A DNA stretch of 63,630 bases, filler included, from Chiloscyllium plagiosum (taxonomy: Eukaryota), in NCBI RefSeq assembly GCF_004010195.1. It is 6 parts of one record of this genome, joined end to end, with 100 filler letters (N's around TTAATTAATTAA, not from the genome) between each part and the next. Parts side by side here need not be neighbours in the genome. Positions count along the whole stretch, not along the records: positions 28,198 to 47,423 come from NC_057717.1; positions 47,524 to 52,776 come from NC_057717.1; 4 more parts are not named here. One strand, written 5' to 3'. Within the stretch, counting starts at the first letter, position 1, and each line of letters begins with the position of its first letter. The position numbers were made by a program, and so were the translations under genes. Below, one piece after another: positions 37,997-50,339 of this stretch. The notes beneath the pieces were generated by a model that was given only the letters and a program-made list of their open reading frames with translations, was not told where the DNA came from and did not search any database.

Positions 37997-38022
37997 CTCC
38001 TGACGTTAAAGGAAATAATGGT

Positions 38023-40940
38023 CAGAAATAAGGTGGGTGAACTTAAGGCGTGGATCAGTAACTGGGGCTACGATGTTGTGGCCATCACGGAAACAACATA
38101 GAAGAGGGACAGGAATGGTTGTTGGAGGTTCCTGGTTACAGATGTTTCAGTAAGATTAGGGAGGGTGGTAAAAAAGGAGAGGGGTGGTGGCGTTGCTAAT
38201 TAGAAATGGTATAATGGCTGCAGAAAGGCAGTTCGAGGGGGATCTGCCTTTGGAGGTCTTATGGCTGAAGTCAGAAATAGGAAAGGAGCAGTCACCTTGT
38301 TGGGTGTTTACTTTCGGCCCCCCAATAGCAGCAGAGATGTGGAGAAACAGATTGGGAAACAGATTTTGGAAAGGTGCAGAAGCCACAGGGTAGTAATCAT
38401 GGGTGATTTCAACTTCCCAAACATTAATTGGAAGCTCTTTAGATCAAGTAGATTGGACGGGGCGGTGTTTGTGCAGTATGTCCATGCAGCTTTTCTAACT
38501 CAGAATGTAGATTGCCCGACCAGAGGGGAGGCCATATTGAATTTGGTACTTGGTAACGAACCGGGACAAGTGATGGGCTTGTTAGTGGGTGAACATTTTT
38601 GTGATGGTGACCACAATTCTGTGACTTTCACCTTGGTTATGGAGAGAGATAGGTGCGTGCAACAGGGTAGGGTTTACAATTGCGGCAAGGGTAATTACGA
38701 TGCAATAAGACAAGATCTGAGGAGCATAAGTTGGAAGCATAGGCTGTCAGGGAAGGATGTTATTGAAATGTGGAAATTTTTCAAGGAACATATACGACGT
38801 GTCCTTGATATGTATGTACCTGTCAGGCAGGAGAGAGATGGTCGTGTGAGGCAAACTTGGTTGACGAGGGAGGTTGAATGTCTTGTAAAGAGGAAGAAGG
38901 GGGCTTACATAAGGTTGAGGAAACAGGGTTCAGACAGAGCATTGGTGGGATACAGGATTGCCAGAAGGGAGTTGAAGAAAGGGATTAGGAGAGCTAGGCG
39001 AGGGCATGAAAAATCTTTGGCGGAGAGGATCAAGGATAACCCCAAGGCATTTTATGCGTATGTGAGAAACATGAGAATGACGAGAACTAGGGTAGGTCCG
39101 ATCACGGACAGTACTGGGAGACTGTGTATTGAGTCGGAAGAGATAAGTGAGGTCTTGAATGAGTACTTTTCTTCAGTATTTACAAACAAGAGTGACCGTA
39201 TTGTTGAAGAGGAGAGTGTGAAATGGACTGGTAAGCTAGAGGAGATACTTGTTAGGAAGGAAGATGTGTTGGACATTTTGAATAACTTGAGGATAGACAA
39301 GTCCCCCGGGCCTGACGGGATATATGCTAGGATAATGTGGGAAGCAAGAGAGGAAATTACAGTTCAGTTGGCAATGATCTTTTCAACTTCATTGTCAACA
39401 CGGGTGGTACCATGGAACTGGAGAGTGGCGAATGTTGGGCCCCTGTTCAAAAAAAGGGAATAGGGATAACCCAGGGAATTACAGGCCAGTTAGTCTTACT
39501 TCGGTGGTAGGTAAAGTAATGGAAAGGGTACTGAGGGATAGGATTTATGAGTATCTGCTTGATTAGGGACAGCCATCACAGATTTGTGAAGGGTAGGTCT
39601 TGCCTTACAAGTCTTATTGAATTCGTTGAGGAGGTGACCAAAATGTGGATGAGGGTAGAGCAGTGGATGTAGTATGCATGGATTTTAGTGAGGCATTTGA
39701 TAAGATTCCCCATGGTAGGCTTAGGGCGGAAAGTCAGGAGGCATGGCATAGTGGGACATTTGGCCAGTTGGAGAGAAAACTGGCTAACCGGTCGAAGTCA
39801 GAGAGTGGTGGTAGATGGTAAATATGCAGTCTGGAGCCCAGTTACAAGTGGAGTTCCGCAGGGATCAGTTCTGGGTCCTCTGCTGTTTGTAATTTTAATT
39901 AATGACTTGGAAGAGGGAGTCGATGTGTGGGTCAGTAAATTTGCAGATGATACGAAGATTGGTGGAGTTGTGGATAGTGAGGAGGTCTGTTGTCGGCTGC
40001 AAAGGGACTGAGATATGATGCAGAGCTGGGCTGAGGAGTGGCAAATGGAGTTCAATACTGCCAAGTGTGAGGTTGTCCATTTTGGAAGGACAAATAAGAA
40101 TGTGGAATACAGGGTTAACGGTAGGGTTCTTAGTAAGGTGGAGGAGCAGAGGGATCTTGGGGTCTATGTTCATAGATCTTTGAAAGTTGCGACTCAGGTG
40201 GATAGAGCTTGTAAGAAGGCCTATGGTGTATTCGCGTTCATTAGCAGAGGGATTGAATTCAAGAGTCGTGAAGTAATGTTACAACTGTACAGGACTTTGG
40301 TTAGGCCAGATTTGGAGTACTGTGTGCAGTTCTGGTCGCCTCACTTTAGGAAACATGTGGAAGCTTTGGAGAGGGTGCAGAGAAGATTTACCAGGATGTT
40401 GCCTGGAATGGAGAATAGGTCGTACGAGGATAGGTTGAGCGTTCATTTGAACAGAGAAGGATGAGGGGTGACTTGATAGAGGAAGCTTTGGAGAGGGTGC
40501 AGAGAAGATTTACCAGGATGTTGCCTGGAATGGAGAATAGTTCGTACGAGGATAGGTTGAGCGTGCTAGGCCTTTTCTCATTTGAACAGAGAAGAATGAG
40601 GGGTGACTTGATAGAGGTGTATAAGATGATCAGGGGAATAGGTAGAGTAGACAATCAGAAACTTTTTCCCCGGGTACAACAGAGCGTTACAAGGGGACAT
40701 AAATTTAAGGTGAAGGGTGGAAGGTATAGGGGAGATGTCGGGGTAGGTTCTTTACCCAGAGAGTGGTGGGGGCATGGAATGCGCTGCCTGTGGGAGTGGC
40801 AGAGTCAGAATCATTGGCGAACGTAAAGTGGCAATTGGATAGGTACATGGATGGGTGCTTAAGCTATGACAAATGTTCGGCACAACATCGTGGGCCGAAG
40901 GGCCTGTTCTGTGCTGTATTGTTCTATGTTCTATGTTCTA
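38023..40940 (+). mobile_element. 5'-truncated young CR1 LINE (nearly whole ORF2, with frameshifts) inserted in ERV-A gag
   Basis: APE (YFRPPNS, IMGDFNFPNINW), [28 protein letters not shown]; (TTCTATG)n tail; short TSD TAATGGT on both sides. Confidence 0.95.
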
Positions 40941-42089
40941 ATGGTTCGAGCACGTTTGGAAAATGCGGCAGACAATCCAATGACTGATGGGTTCGGTTTT
41001 GATCAAGTGGGACAGAAAGCATGGCATGGCGTAAGAGACTATTATCTACCTAACATGGAACCCAGGAATTGAGAGGGGATCCACTGGGAAAACGTAAGAA
41101 CCCGGCTGCCTCCTTGGAGAAACATTTTAAAACGTGGAGGCTGGAAACAGAGCAAACATTGAGACTGATCAGTTTCCGACGACAATGTTCTGAAATTCCA
41201 TCATTGTGGCAATGCCAACCCAAGTCCAGTCAAGACTGGATGAGGTGATGGGTCTGACATCATCATTGAGCCACCAGGAATTGAGCGACCAGGTAGTACA
41301 TGCAGTTGAAAGGTTTCAAAACAAAACAAAGAGAAACTGCCTGAACATAACCTGCAGGTGCAAAGGAAGCTGGCGCAAATGTAGCTCGAAGAGCTTATAA
41401 AGAAAGATAAAGCGAAGGCTAAAAAGGTGTTGCCAGTAAGAACATACACAGTAATCAACACTGTCGTGAACCAAGTACCGGCCAAAGGGGCTCCTACCAG
41501 GTAGCGGGACAGGGGCCAGAAAGTCCCATGCCAGTAATAGACTCTTTAGAGAAGCGTTCCCGCAGGTGACATATCCAGTGCAGGACAGATTGAAACAACA
41601 GCCTAAACAGAACCTGGTGCCCAAGGAGAGGGACGTTGGAATGGGGAACTAAGATTCCTGATAAATAATCAAGCTCAAGAAGAGCCAGAGGTAATGTACT
41701 GGAGAGGCCATGAATTGGGCCATTTCAGGAAGAAGTGCTCTTATTGGACCGGGCCCTCTCTGCCTTATAGCGGGCCTCGTCGGCGAGAATCCCTAGTAGC
41801 CACTTCCTAGAGATACAGGCCCAGGGGGATCTCTTAACCCGTATGGGATGTGCTAGGGATGCCCTGAAAACCTGGGTGGGAAGGCGCAATACCCTGTAGT
41901 AGCATGGAAGGCTGATCAAGAAATAATAACACAAGTTAACATGGAAGGGCGGTGATTGACACTGGAGCTGCATACACTTAGGTACAGCCGCGGTATACAT
42001 CTCACCTTCCTATGTCAAGTAAATATTTGGGATTCTCAGGTAAATCACTGTTAACTGGATTTACAGCTCAGTAAGATTTAGTATTTAGA

Positions 42090-44950
42090 GAGGCCAATTA
42101 ATTTGTTAGATAGGGGTTGCTTTACTACATTTAGAATTAAGATTGGAGTGTACACAAAAGTGTTTAGTCGTAGAGAAGGCTAATACACAATTACTGATGC
42201 TAGAAGTTAGAGATATTAATGTTTATTGCAAAGTAGACATAACAAGTGATATTCAAGATATTTGGGGGATGGAGGAAGCAAAGTGCTGACGACGTTGACT
42301 AAAGCAAGTCCACCTTAGTCTGAACTGCACTGTCCAGTGATATTTGACGAGTCTCAGGATGAGGTGTTGGAGAGACAGTGACAGCAGGAAGTCACCGCTC
42401 CACAACATTTGAGAAGGAAGTCATGGTAACACCCCAGTGGAGCATGCCAGTGACAGTGGAGGAAGATGATCAATAAAGTAATGAGCAATTGGATACATTA
42501 CCAGCCACTTTGTAGTCACAGCATGATACAGATTTAGGGAAAATTAAATCAGCTAGCCCAGTGGAAATAAGTTGAAGCCAGGAGCTATTCTGCCTCGGAG
42601 ACCGCAGAATCCTTTAAATGCAGAGGCAGTCGAGGAAATAGCAGCAACAAAACAAGGATTGTTGAAGGCAGGCTTACTTAAATAAACGTTTAGTCCCTGA
42701 TAAACTCCTTTGTTACCAGTTTGAAAGGCAGACAGGTGAAAATGGAAACTTGTATACGATTTTAGACCAGTAAATGAGGCAGTGGAGAATTGACCAGCAG
42801 TTGTGCCTAATCCACACATACTGCTAACTCATGTGCCCCCACAGGTAGCTTGTTTCTCGGTAGTAGATTTTTGTTCTGCTTTTTTTAACATTCCCCTAAC
42901 AGAGCACAGCCGGTAATTGTTTGCTTTACCATACAAAGGTCACCAATTAACTTATCCAAGAATGCCCCAGGGGTTTAAGAATTCACCACATGTATTCAAT
43001 CAAGTGTTGAAATCAGAACTGTCTTAAGAAACTATGTAGATACAGTATGTTGATGACTTTCTTGTCTGTTCAGATAGTCAGGGACAATGTGAGCGAGATT
43101 CCCTTTTCTCTTGAAAGAACGAGCGCACGGGAAGGGGAGTGGGGTATAAGTTGTCACGAAAAAGCTGCGGTTTGGCAAACAGCAGGTAGAGTATTTGGGT
43201 AGACTGGTGCTAAGAGAATGAAGGCAATTGCACTAAGTCAGACTGAAGCACTTGTTAAAATTGATCGAGCAGAGACTGTAGGGCAAATCATGACATTTAC
43301 GGGCATGACAGGATGTAGTGCAGTTTGGATTGAGGAGTCTGCTGAGATTACGGCACCCTTAAGGAAGATGATGAAGGATGTCAGACATTCATGTTTAAGG
43401 AGTGCTTTGCAGTGGAATGAAGAGGCCACGACAACTTTCAATACCCTGAAACGAGCCTTACTGTTAGCTTCAGCATTGCCTTGCCTGATTAAGACAAACC
43501 TTTTCACCTTTATGTGTCAAACAGGCAAAGAGGATACGCAGCTGCATTACTTATGCAGGAGGTGAGTTTCGAGAGAACGATGCAGCCGATTGCTTACTAA
43601 AGCAGTCGGCTAGATGAAGTAGCTCAGGGCTATCCTCCGTGCTATCAGGGATTGGTGGCCGCCTATTTTACTTCTGAAAAAGCACCCTCAGTAACAATGG
43701 GTTATGTCATCATCCAAAATACGCATTATAAAGTGGCAGAGTTATTGGAGAAAGGGATATTTGTATTGACGCCAGGTAGAACATTAGCATATTGGATGCT
43801 GCTGACATTCCTGGCATAACCATACAGAGGTGCACCACAGGGAACAAAACGGACTAAGCCCCACTTGAGTATAAGGGACAGCCCATGATTGTAGAAGGCA
43901 AGTTACTGCATCTGCCAAACTGAGGGCTGATTTACAGTTCGAGCCACTGGCTGATGAGAATAATGAGGTTTTATTTGCGGACCGTTCTTGATATAGGGAC
44001 TATGACGGGCATTGTGCAGGTTGTACGACAGGACCAGTCCCATTTTAGGACAATCCAACTGGAAACGTGTCCACAGATGTTTTCATCTCATTTGGTTGAA
44101 CTCAAGACATTGATGGCGGCCTATGAAATGATGGAGGGTAAAAAAGCTGAAATTTATACTGATTTGCATTATGCACAAGGGTATGCCACCTGTTTGGGGT
44201 AGTGTGGAAGCAAAGAGGTTTTAAGAATAGTAATGTGTACACCATAAAACACTGCCAGCAGATTGCAGAGTTGACAACTGCCATGATGAAGCTAAAGGCA
44301 CTAGTTATTATAAAGTGCCAAGCACACAGAAAAGGCAATGATATGATGATGCGGGGTAATCAGGTAGCAGATGAAGTGGCAAAATAACTTCGAGGTGTTC
44401 TTCATCTGTCCTTGCGTCTCAGGTGTGGATAGAACAAGAAAATCATTGAAATACAGGGGAGGGCTACAATGCTGAGCAAACACTATGGAAGCAGAGGGGT
44501 GATAAGCAAAATCAATATGGTTTATTGACCACAGAGGAAGGTTTATGCGTAGCATCCACTCGGTGGTTGACAATTCTTATTTTAGAGGCATATGGTTTCG
44601 ATAACTGTGTGTGAGGGGAAGTGATAAGGAACATAAAGCGGGATGGCTTTTGGTCACCATATCTGCAGGCCTCAGTGCAGTATTTATTGTCACGATGTGA
44701 TGTGTGTGCACAGGATAATGTTAGAAATGGGATAACGACTCCTATCGGACACGTATCAGCGCCTGAAGCGCCATTTAAGCATTCAGTGATTGACGGCGTG
44801 GACTGATATAAAAGCTGATAGGGAGAAGATACATGTTAGTCGTGATTGGTAGGTTTAGCCGATCGATAGAAGCTGTCCCTTCTCAAGATGCAGGAGCTGG
44901 GACAGTAGTTAAATTTCTGACGAATGGAGTCATCCAAAGGTTTGGTATAC
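42090..44950 (+). pseudogene. pol: Decayed pro-pol of ERV-A (RT, RNase H, 5' part of integrase)
   Basis: TPLLPV..KWKLVYDFRPVN, FSVVDFCSAFF, MPQGFKNSP, QYVDDFLV (~43045), EIYTDLHYA (RNase H), IIKCQAH...GNQVADEVAK, FWSPYLQ...CDVC, IEAVPSQDAGAGTVVKFL; many stop codons. Confidence 0.88.
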
Positions 44951-44954
44951 GTTG

Positions 44955-46132
44955 TCCTCATGCCCTATAACGCGACCGTCTGAACATAATGGCGTTGGTA
45001 GCACTACAGTCGACCTTTTAACTAGGATGATTCATCAATTTACATGCAATCCCATTGCCCCTTTAGGTGCTTCCTACTTCAGGCTTCTACGTTCTACCAG
45101 CAGGATGACGTGGGCAGGTGGCAACATCAACGGTGGTGCAGATATCGTACACGGTGGTCCACCAGCAAGACCAGTTACACATTTCCTATGCTGATTTCAG
45201 GATACTGGAAGGGTTACGTTTTGAATGCTTTAAGCGAAATGGTTCCATACCAGCAGGCTAGTTTAAGGGTCTTTGCGGTAAAATGATTGAACTCAAGGTC
45301 GACACCACATTTGGGGCTATCTTTAATTCTCAATGCTTCCCTTTGGCAGATAATTGGTGGCTGTGTGTAAGAAATGAGGGTTGCGTCCGACGCTGCTCGC
45401 TGATTGGAGTGGTAGCTGTGCTCGCCGAATGTTCCTACACGAGGTAGTTATATCACCATGCGCGTAGCTTGATGCTTTGTAATAGTCAGCTTTGCACCGA
45501 ACTAAGCAATGGCATGTCCCTGATCCAATGATTCGGATTGATACACACGACAGCCAAGAGGTATTCCTAATGAGATTGAGGCCCACAATGAGATTTCTGT
45601 AGGATGGGAGGCTCTCATCCCAGTGCTAGGTGGTAGCAAGAATGTTGAATTGTTTAATTACATATAGTACAACCAGCAGAGACTTATCAATTATACTGGC
45701 GCTGCCCTTTTGTCCTTGGGAGAACAATTAGATGCTTCAATCAAAATTACATGGCAAAGCAGACAGGCCTTAGATTGGATAAAACCAATGAAGCTAAGAC
45801 AGCAGCTAAAAGACAATGCGGGGTGTGGCCTTTAGGCTTTTGCTCAGTTGATTAATATATTAGGGTATTTGGGAGCATGGTTTGTCAAGATTGGTCTTAT
45901 TATGGCTGTGGTTTTACTTGTTGTCACCTTCGTCTTTTGTGGTGCCTTACTTTTTATAAAGTCTTTTTTTAAAATTTCACATTACATATGGCAACTTATT
46001 GTCATTTCAGCTACTCTGAGAAGTGCTTCCTTCTCTGAAGAATCCCCACTGCTCTACTATTATGATTGCACAACTGCAATGGTGGAAGCAATATGTCCAC
46101 ACGAGGACATCGATGATACTTCTGAAATTTGA
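44955..46132 (+). pseudogene. env: Decayed env of ERV-A (SU C-terminus, TM)
   Basis: WWLC..LRPTL..DWSGSCA and NVELFNYI*YNQQRLINYT...LGEQLDAS..TWQSRQALDW (fish epsilon-like TM and ISD region). Hydrophobic anchor in ORF 45848..46132. Confidence 0.8.
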
Positions 46133-46308
46133 AAGGGTTCTAGATTGTGAAGGGTCTTGGGTCTTTTTCCTGTTCTGGATATTGGTGGGAGGTCTTTCGC
46201 CCAAGGGACCCCAGGAATGGATGAATAACACTTTAAAACTGAGACTACTAAAATTATTTAGTTCGTATTGGGAAGTACATTTTTTGTATTGGGGCTGCAC
46301 TTACTGTC

Positions 46309-46627
46309 TTAGATTCGATTAGATTACTTACAGTGTCGAAAGAGGCCCTTCTGCCCAACAAGTCCACACTGACCCGCCGAAGCGTAACCCACCCAGACCC
46401 ATTCTCCTACATTTACCCCTTCACCTAACACTACGGGCAATTTAGCATGACCAATCCACATAACCTACTCATTGTTGGATTGTGGGAGGAAACCGGAGCA
46501 CCCAGAGGAAACCCACGCAGACACGGGGAGAAGGTGCAAACTCCACAGCTTCTCTGAGGTGGGAATTGAACCCGGGTCTCTAGCGCTGTGAGGCAGTAGT
46601 GCTAACTACTGTGCCACCGTGCCGCCC
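46309..46627 (-). mobile_element. HE1-like SINE
   Basis: Reverse complement of the SINE seen at 24547. Confidence 0.9.
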
Positions 46628-46824
46628 AGCAACATTCCTTGCGTTAAAGTAGAAACACTTTTACCTATCCCATTTTTTTATCAAATGAAAAATCTTCCAA
46701 TCTTCCATACAGGCAACATATCTTGCTCCGTGCTCGTTAAATATCTGTCATTTCCTCAAAGGAAAACTCAATCCAGTTTGTGAGATACGAACTTCTCTGC
46801 ACAAAATATATCTGTCTAATCCTA

Positions 46825-47135
46825 AAAATGATGTGGAGGTGCCGGTGTTGGACTGGGGTAGGTAAAGCCAAACATTATGCAACACCAAGTGATAATCCAA
46901 CAGGTGTATTTGGAAGTACTAGCTTTCAGAGCGCTGCTTCTTCATCAGGTCATTTTCGGAGAGGTTCATTGGACACAGAAGTTATCGCAAATCATTACAG
47001 TGTTATTCAATAGATGTGATATATTGAACAAACTTAGATTGTTGTTCAGTATTTCATGTAAAATAATGACAACTCTCTGAAAGCTACTGTTCTCACACAA
47101 ACCTGCTGGACTATAACCTGTTGTTGTGTGAGTAT
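46825..47135. mobile_element. Penelope-type terminal repeat remnant of a second family, with partial inverted copy
   Basis: The - strand at 46915-46948 reads CUGAUGA-AGAAGCAGCGCUCU-GAAAGCUAG; an inverted partial copy CTCTGAAAGCTAC...CCTGCTGGACTATAACCTG starts at ~47075. Confidence 0.55.
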
Positions 47136-47167
47136 TGCGGACAAGTTCATTTTTCCGCTTCTAAACA

Positions 47168-47300
47168 TTTCTGATGAAGGGCATTTGCCCGAAACGTCGA
47201 TTTTACTGCTCCTCGGATGCTGCCTGAACTGTTGCGCTTCTCCAGCATCACTAATCCAGAATCTGGTTTCCAGTATCTTCTGTCATTGTTTTTACCTAAG
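47168..47300 (+). mobile_element. Penelope pLTR-derived mini-element with hammerhead motif
   Basis: CUGAUGA-A-GGGC-AUUU-GCCC-GAAA-CG-UC at 47171-47198, followed by the GATGCTGCCTGA..CCAGCA body shared with the 21827 and 54097 elements. Confidence 0.7.
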
Positions 47301-47559
47301 TGTGAGCTACTTCTATTTCTAACAAACGTCTGCAGCAATTTCCCTGCCATTGTCATAAGCCTCACTGGCCTGTTATTTCACGAATCATTCATGTGGAAAA
47401 TGTTTTAAATAAAGAAAAAAAAANNNNNNNNNNNNNNNNNNNNNNNNNNNNNNNNNNNNNNNNNNNNTTAATTAATTAANNNNNNNNNNNNNNNNNNNNN
47501 NNNNNNNNNNNNNNNNNNNNNNNTTGCGTTGTTCTGGATTGAACTCAGAACAATGAGAC

Positions 47560-47920
47560 GGGGAGGGGTGTACCTGATTGAATTATGTAAAATGGAAAAG
47601 AAGAATGATAACGTGAACGTTGGAAAGATGCTCCCGTTTTGGACCATATCGAACGTGATGTCATAGACATAAAGTGAGAGAAGGAATATTGAAAAATGAT
47701 TTGCAGAAGAATTACTTCTCTCAGATTAGTGAAGTTATGGAACTGACTTCCCAATGTGCAGTGGAGCGGGAATCAAACCGCAGATTAAAAAAAGAAATAG
47801 GTATGTTTCTGATGAAAAGCAGGGTAAAGAGCTATCGGGATAAGATTAGCCATGATCACAGTAGATGATGCAGTGGACAGCATGGGCAGAATTGCTTACT
47901 GCCACTCCTGATTGCTATGT
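47560..47920 (+). mobile_element. Decayed CR1 3' end
   Basis: Similar to the CR1 3' region (GAAGAATTACTTCTCTCAG..TGGAACTGACTTCC..GATTAGCCATGATC). Confidence 0.5.
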
Positions 47921-48679
47921 TTCGATATTGTTGCATCCGCAGATTTGTTTGTGTTTTTAGTCATCGTTGATAGTTGGAGTAGCGGGAGACGAGAGTTTTG
48001 GTGAAGGGAGGTGCAGGCATGCTCGGTAAATCGGGTGTAAGACAGGCACGTGGAGAGAAGATCTCAATCAGGTGTTGTTGGCTGCCAGAGCAGGCCTGGA
48101 AACCAGATGTCCTATTCCTAGTCTCAATTCCTAACGTTTCATTGCCTGGTGTAATCGATAACAAATTGTTATGGTCAGATAGACAGTCCTTTATTAACGT
48201 GTTCGTTTCATAATAAAAGAGAAACTGACTAGTTAGATCGGAAGTAAAGAGTGTTGTTCATGCTTTTACAATGTATACACTATTTTCTGCAACTGCAGTT
48301 TGGAATCAGGGTGAAAGGTTTGAAAAACATTGTTAGCATGGGTGCAAATTGACAATTTGGAAAAGGTGTAAAAATACTACATTATCAATTCGATAGGAAT
48401 GTGGTCACATTTTTGGCAAATCATTCTAACTGTATTAAGGAAGAATATAAGCATTGCAAAGGTATGGAAGGGCAAACATGAAATCGACATACGTCAAATC
48501 TCATGACATTGGTGTGTACAAATGGTAAACCTGTAAATAAGGGAAAGCTTTGTGACGTCCTCTATATAGATAAAGTGCTTTTCGGTGTATGAAACTGAAA
48601 AAATAGGGTCTGTGGGTTAGCAAGCCCAAGCAGCATTTTTACACAAACATCAGTTTAGATACTTCTTTAGGAATTGGGG

Positions 48680-49130
48680 TGGGGTGGGGGAAGGGGCTGC
48701 GAATGAAGCGGGAGGCGGTGGCAGGGTGATGAAGAGGGGATGAGTAAAGACATTTAGAGGTGTAACCTAGTTGATTAAGATGAGCAATTAATCTGGACGG
48801 TGGCAGGGAGGTGTGGAAAACAAGGAGGATGGGCTGGGAAGGAAATAAAAGGATGTGAACTGATTTTTTTTCAAATTGGAGAACTCAATGTTGAGTCCTC
48901 TGGGCTGTCGGTGCCCAGGCGGAAGCGAAGGTGTTGTTGCTCCAATTTATGCTGTGGTTCGTTTTGGCAACGGAGGGAGCTAAGGATGGACATGTCAGAA
49001 AGGAAGCGTTTGGGGGAATTGAAATGGGCGGTGACTGGGAGGTCCGGTCCGCCCCTTCCAGCTCGGCTGAGATGTTGTTCAAAATAGGTGGACATCTGGG
49101 ATGCTTGGGAGTCGCGCGTGCCCTCATCTG
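48680..49130 (-). mobile_element. Penelope-like element 3' fragment (GIY-YIG endonuclease C-terminus)
   Basis: FEQHL...PVTAHFNSP...DMSIL...C..E..HKLEQQHLRFRLGT..P (48871..49140), typical of vertebrate PLE GIY-YIG C-termini. Confidence 0.75.
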
Positions 49131-49942
49131 AGCAGATCACTACAAACGCACAGAACAGTCAAACGACGTTTACTTTAAGCCCAAAGACTCTGACAACTAC
49201 CTGGATTGTGTGCTTGAAGTCACAATCAGATCATCTATGATCTTACCGCTTCAAGTTGGGGAATCACTTTCTCATGATCTTAGTAACTACGTTTGTAGTG
49301 ATCTGCTTATTGTGATCACCTTATTGTGAATAGAAATTGAACACAGGTAATAAATATTAGTCTTGCAAACGGAATTTAACTTAGTACCAATTGAAAAGGA
49401 GAATCTTTGTGGCCATGAGAATGCTTCCATTATTTTTTTCAGTATCTAAAGACACTACAAACGCAGTTACTAAGATCATGAGAAAGTGATTCCCCAACTT
49501 GAAGCGGTAAGATCATAGATGATCTGATTGTGACTTCAAGCACACAATCCAGGTAGTTGTCAGAGTCTTTGGGCTTAAAGTAAACGTCGTTTGACTGTTC
49601 TGTGCGTTTGTAATGCTTCCATTATTTTTTTCAGTATCTAAAGACACTACAAACGCAGTTACTAAGATCATGAGAAAGTGATTCCCCAAGTTGAAGCGGT
49701 AAGATCATAGATGATCTGATTGTGACTTCAAGCACACAATCCAGGTAGTTGTCAGAGTCTTTGGGCTTAAAGTAAACGTCGTTTGACTGTTCTGTGCGTT
49801 TGTAGTGTCTTTAGATACTGAAAAAAAAATGGAAGCATTCTCATGGCCACAAAGATTCTCCCTTTCAATTGGTACTAAGTTAAATTCCGTTTGCAAGACT
49901 AATATTTATTACCTGTGTTCAATTTCTATTCACAATAAGGTG
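49131..49942. repeat. Nested inverted and tandem repeat (fold-back) structure
   Basis: ~149-bp inverted arms at 49317-49465 and 49795-49942 enclose a 192-bp tandem duplication. A third, inverted copy of the core lies at 49149-49289 with its own 18-bp inverted flanks. Confidence 0.9.
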
Positions 49943-49959
49943 GCAAACCCCAGGTTTCA

Positions 49960-50180
49960 TCGTGGTGCCGGGACACAACAAATATGTTTCAAAACGAGGC
50001 ACAAGATTTTGAAATGGTGACAGTGTCTGATCAATGTTTGAAGCTCTGTCACCAGCACGTCGAGTCTGAGCTGGAGTTCTTCCATAAAACAGCATTTACC
50101 GCAGACATTGTCACTGGGAGCCACAGTGGTGTCCACCAGCTCCCACATCGTGCAAAATCAGCACATTACTCGACCATCCA
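49960..50180 (-). mobile_element. CR1 ORF1 N-terminal fragment
   Basis: MWELVDTTVAPSDNVCGKC..MEELQLRLDVLVTELQTL resembles the Cys finger/coiled coil at 27186. Confidence 0.6.
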
Positions 50181-50339
50181 TAGTAATTTATTTTAACTAG
50201 TACTGAATTTGATTTAAGAAAAATGCTTTCTTATCTCTGGTTATGTCAGTCGTAACCAATAAATTAAGTAGATTCAATTTAAAGCAGCTTTAAATTTTGT
50301 AGACTCCTATTAGCCAAGCATTAGGTAGGCAGCTAGTGC

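Larger units (their letters stand above)
31100..41730 (+). pseudogene. gag: Split, decayed gag of epsilon-like ERV-A (pieces 31100-31734, 37240-37675, 37997-38022, 40941-41730)
   Basis: Matrix-like (W)PEEGTFD at ~31230 and capsid-start PLLIKEGRNPQYIPWGTPDL at ~37470-37530. The reading frame ...LKLKEIMVRARLENAADNP can be rebuilt by removing the inserts at their TSDs. Confidence 0.7.
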
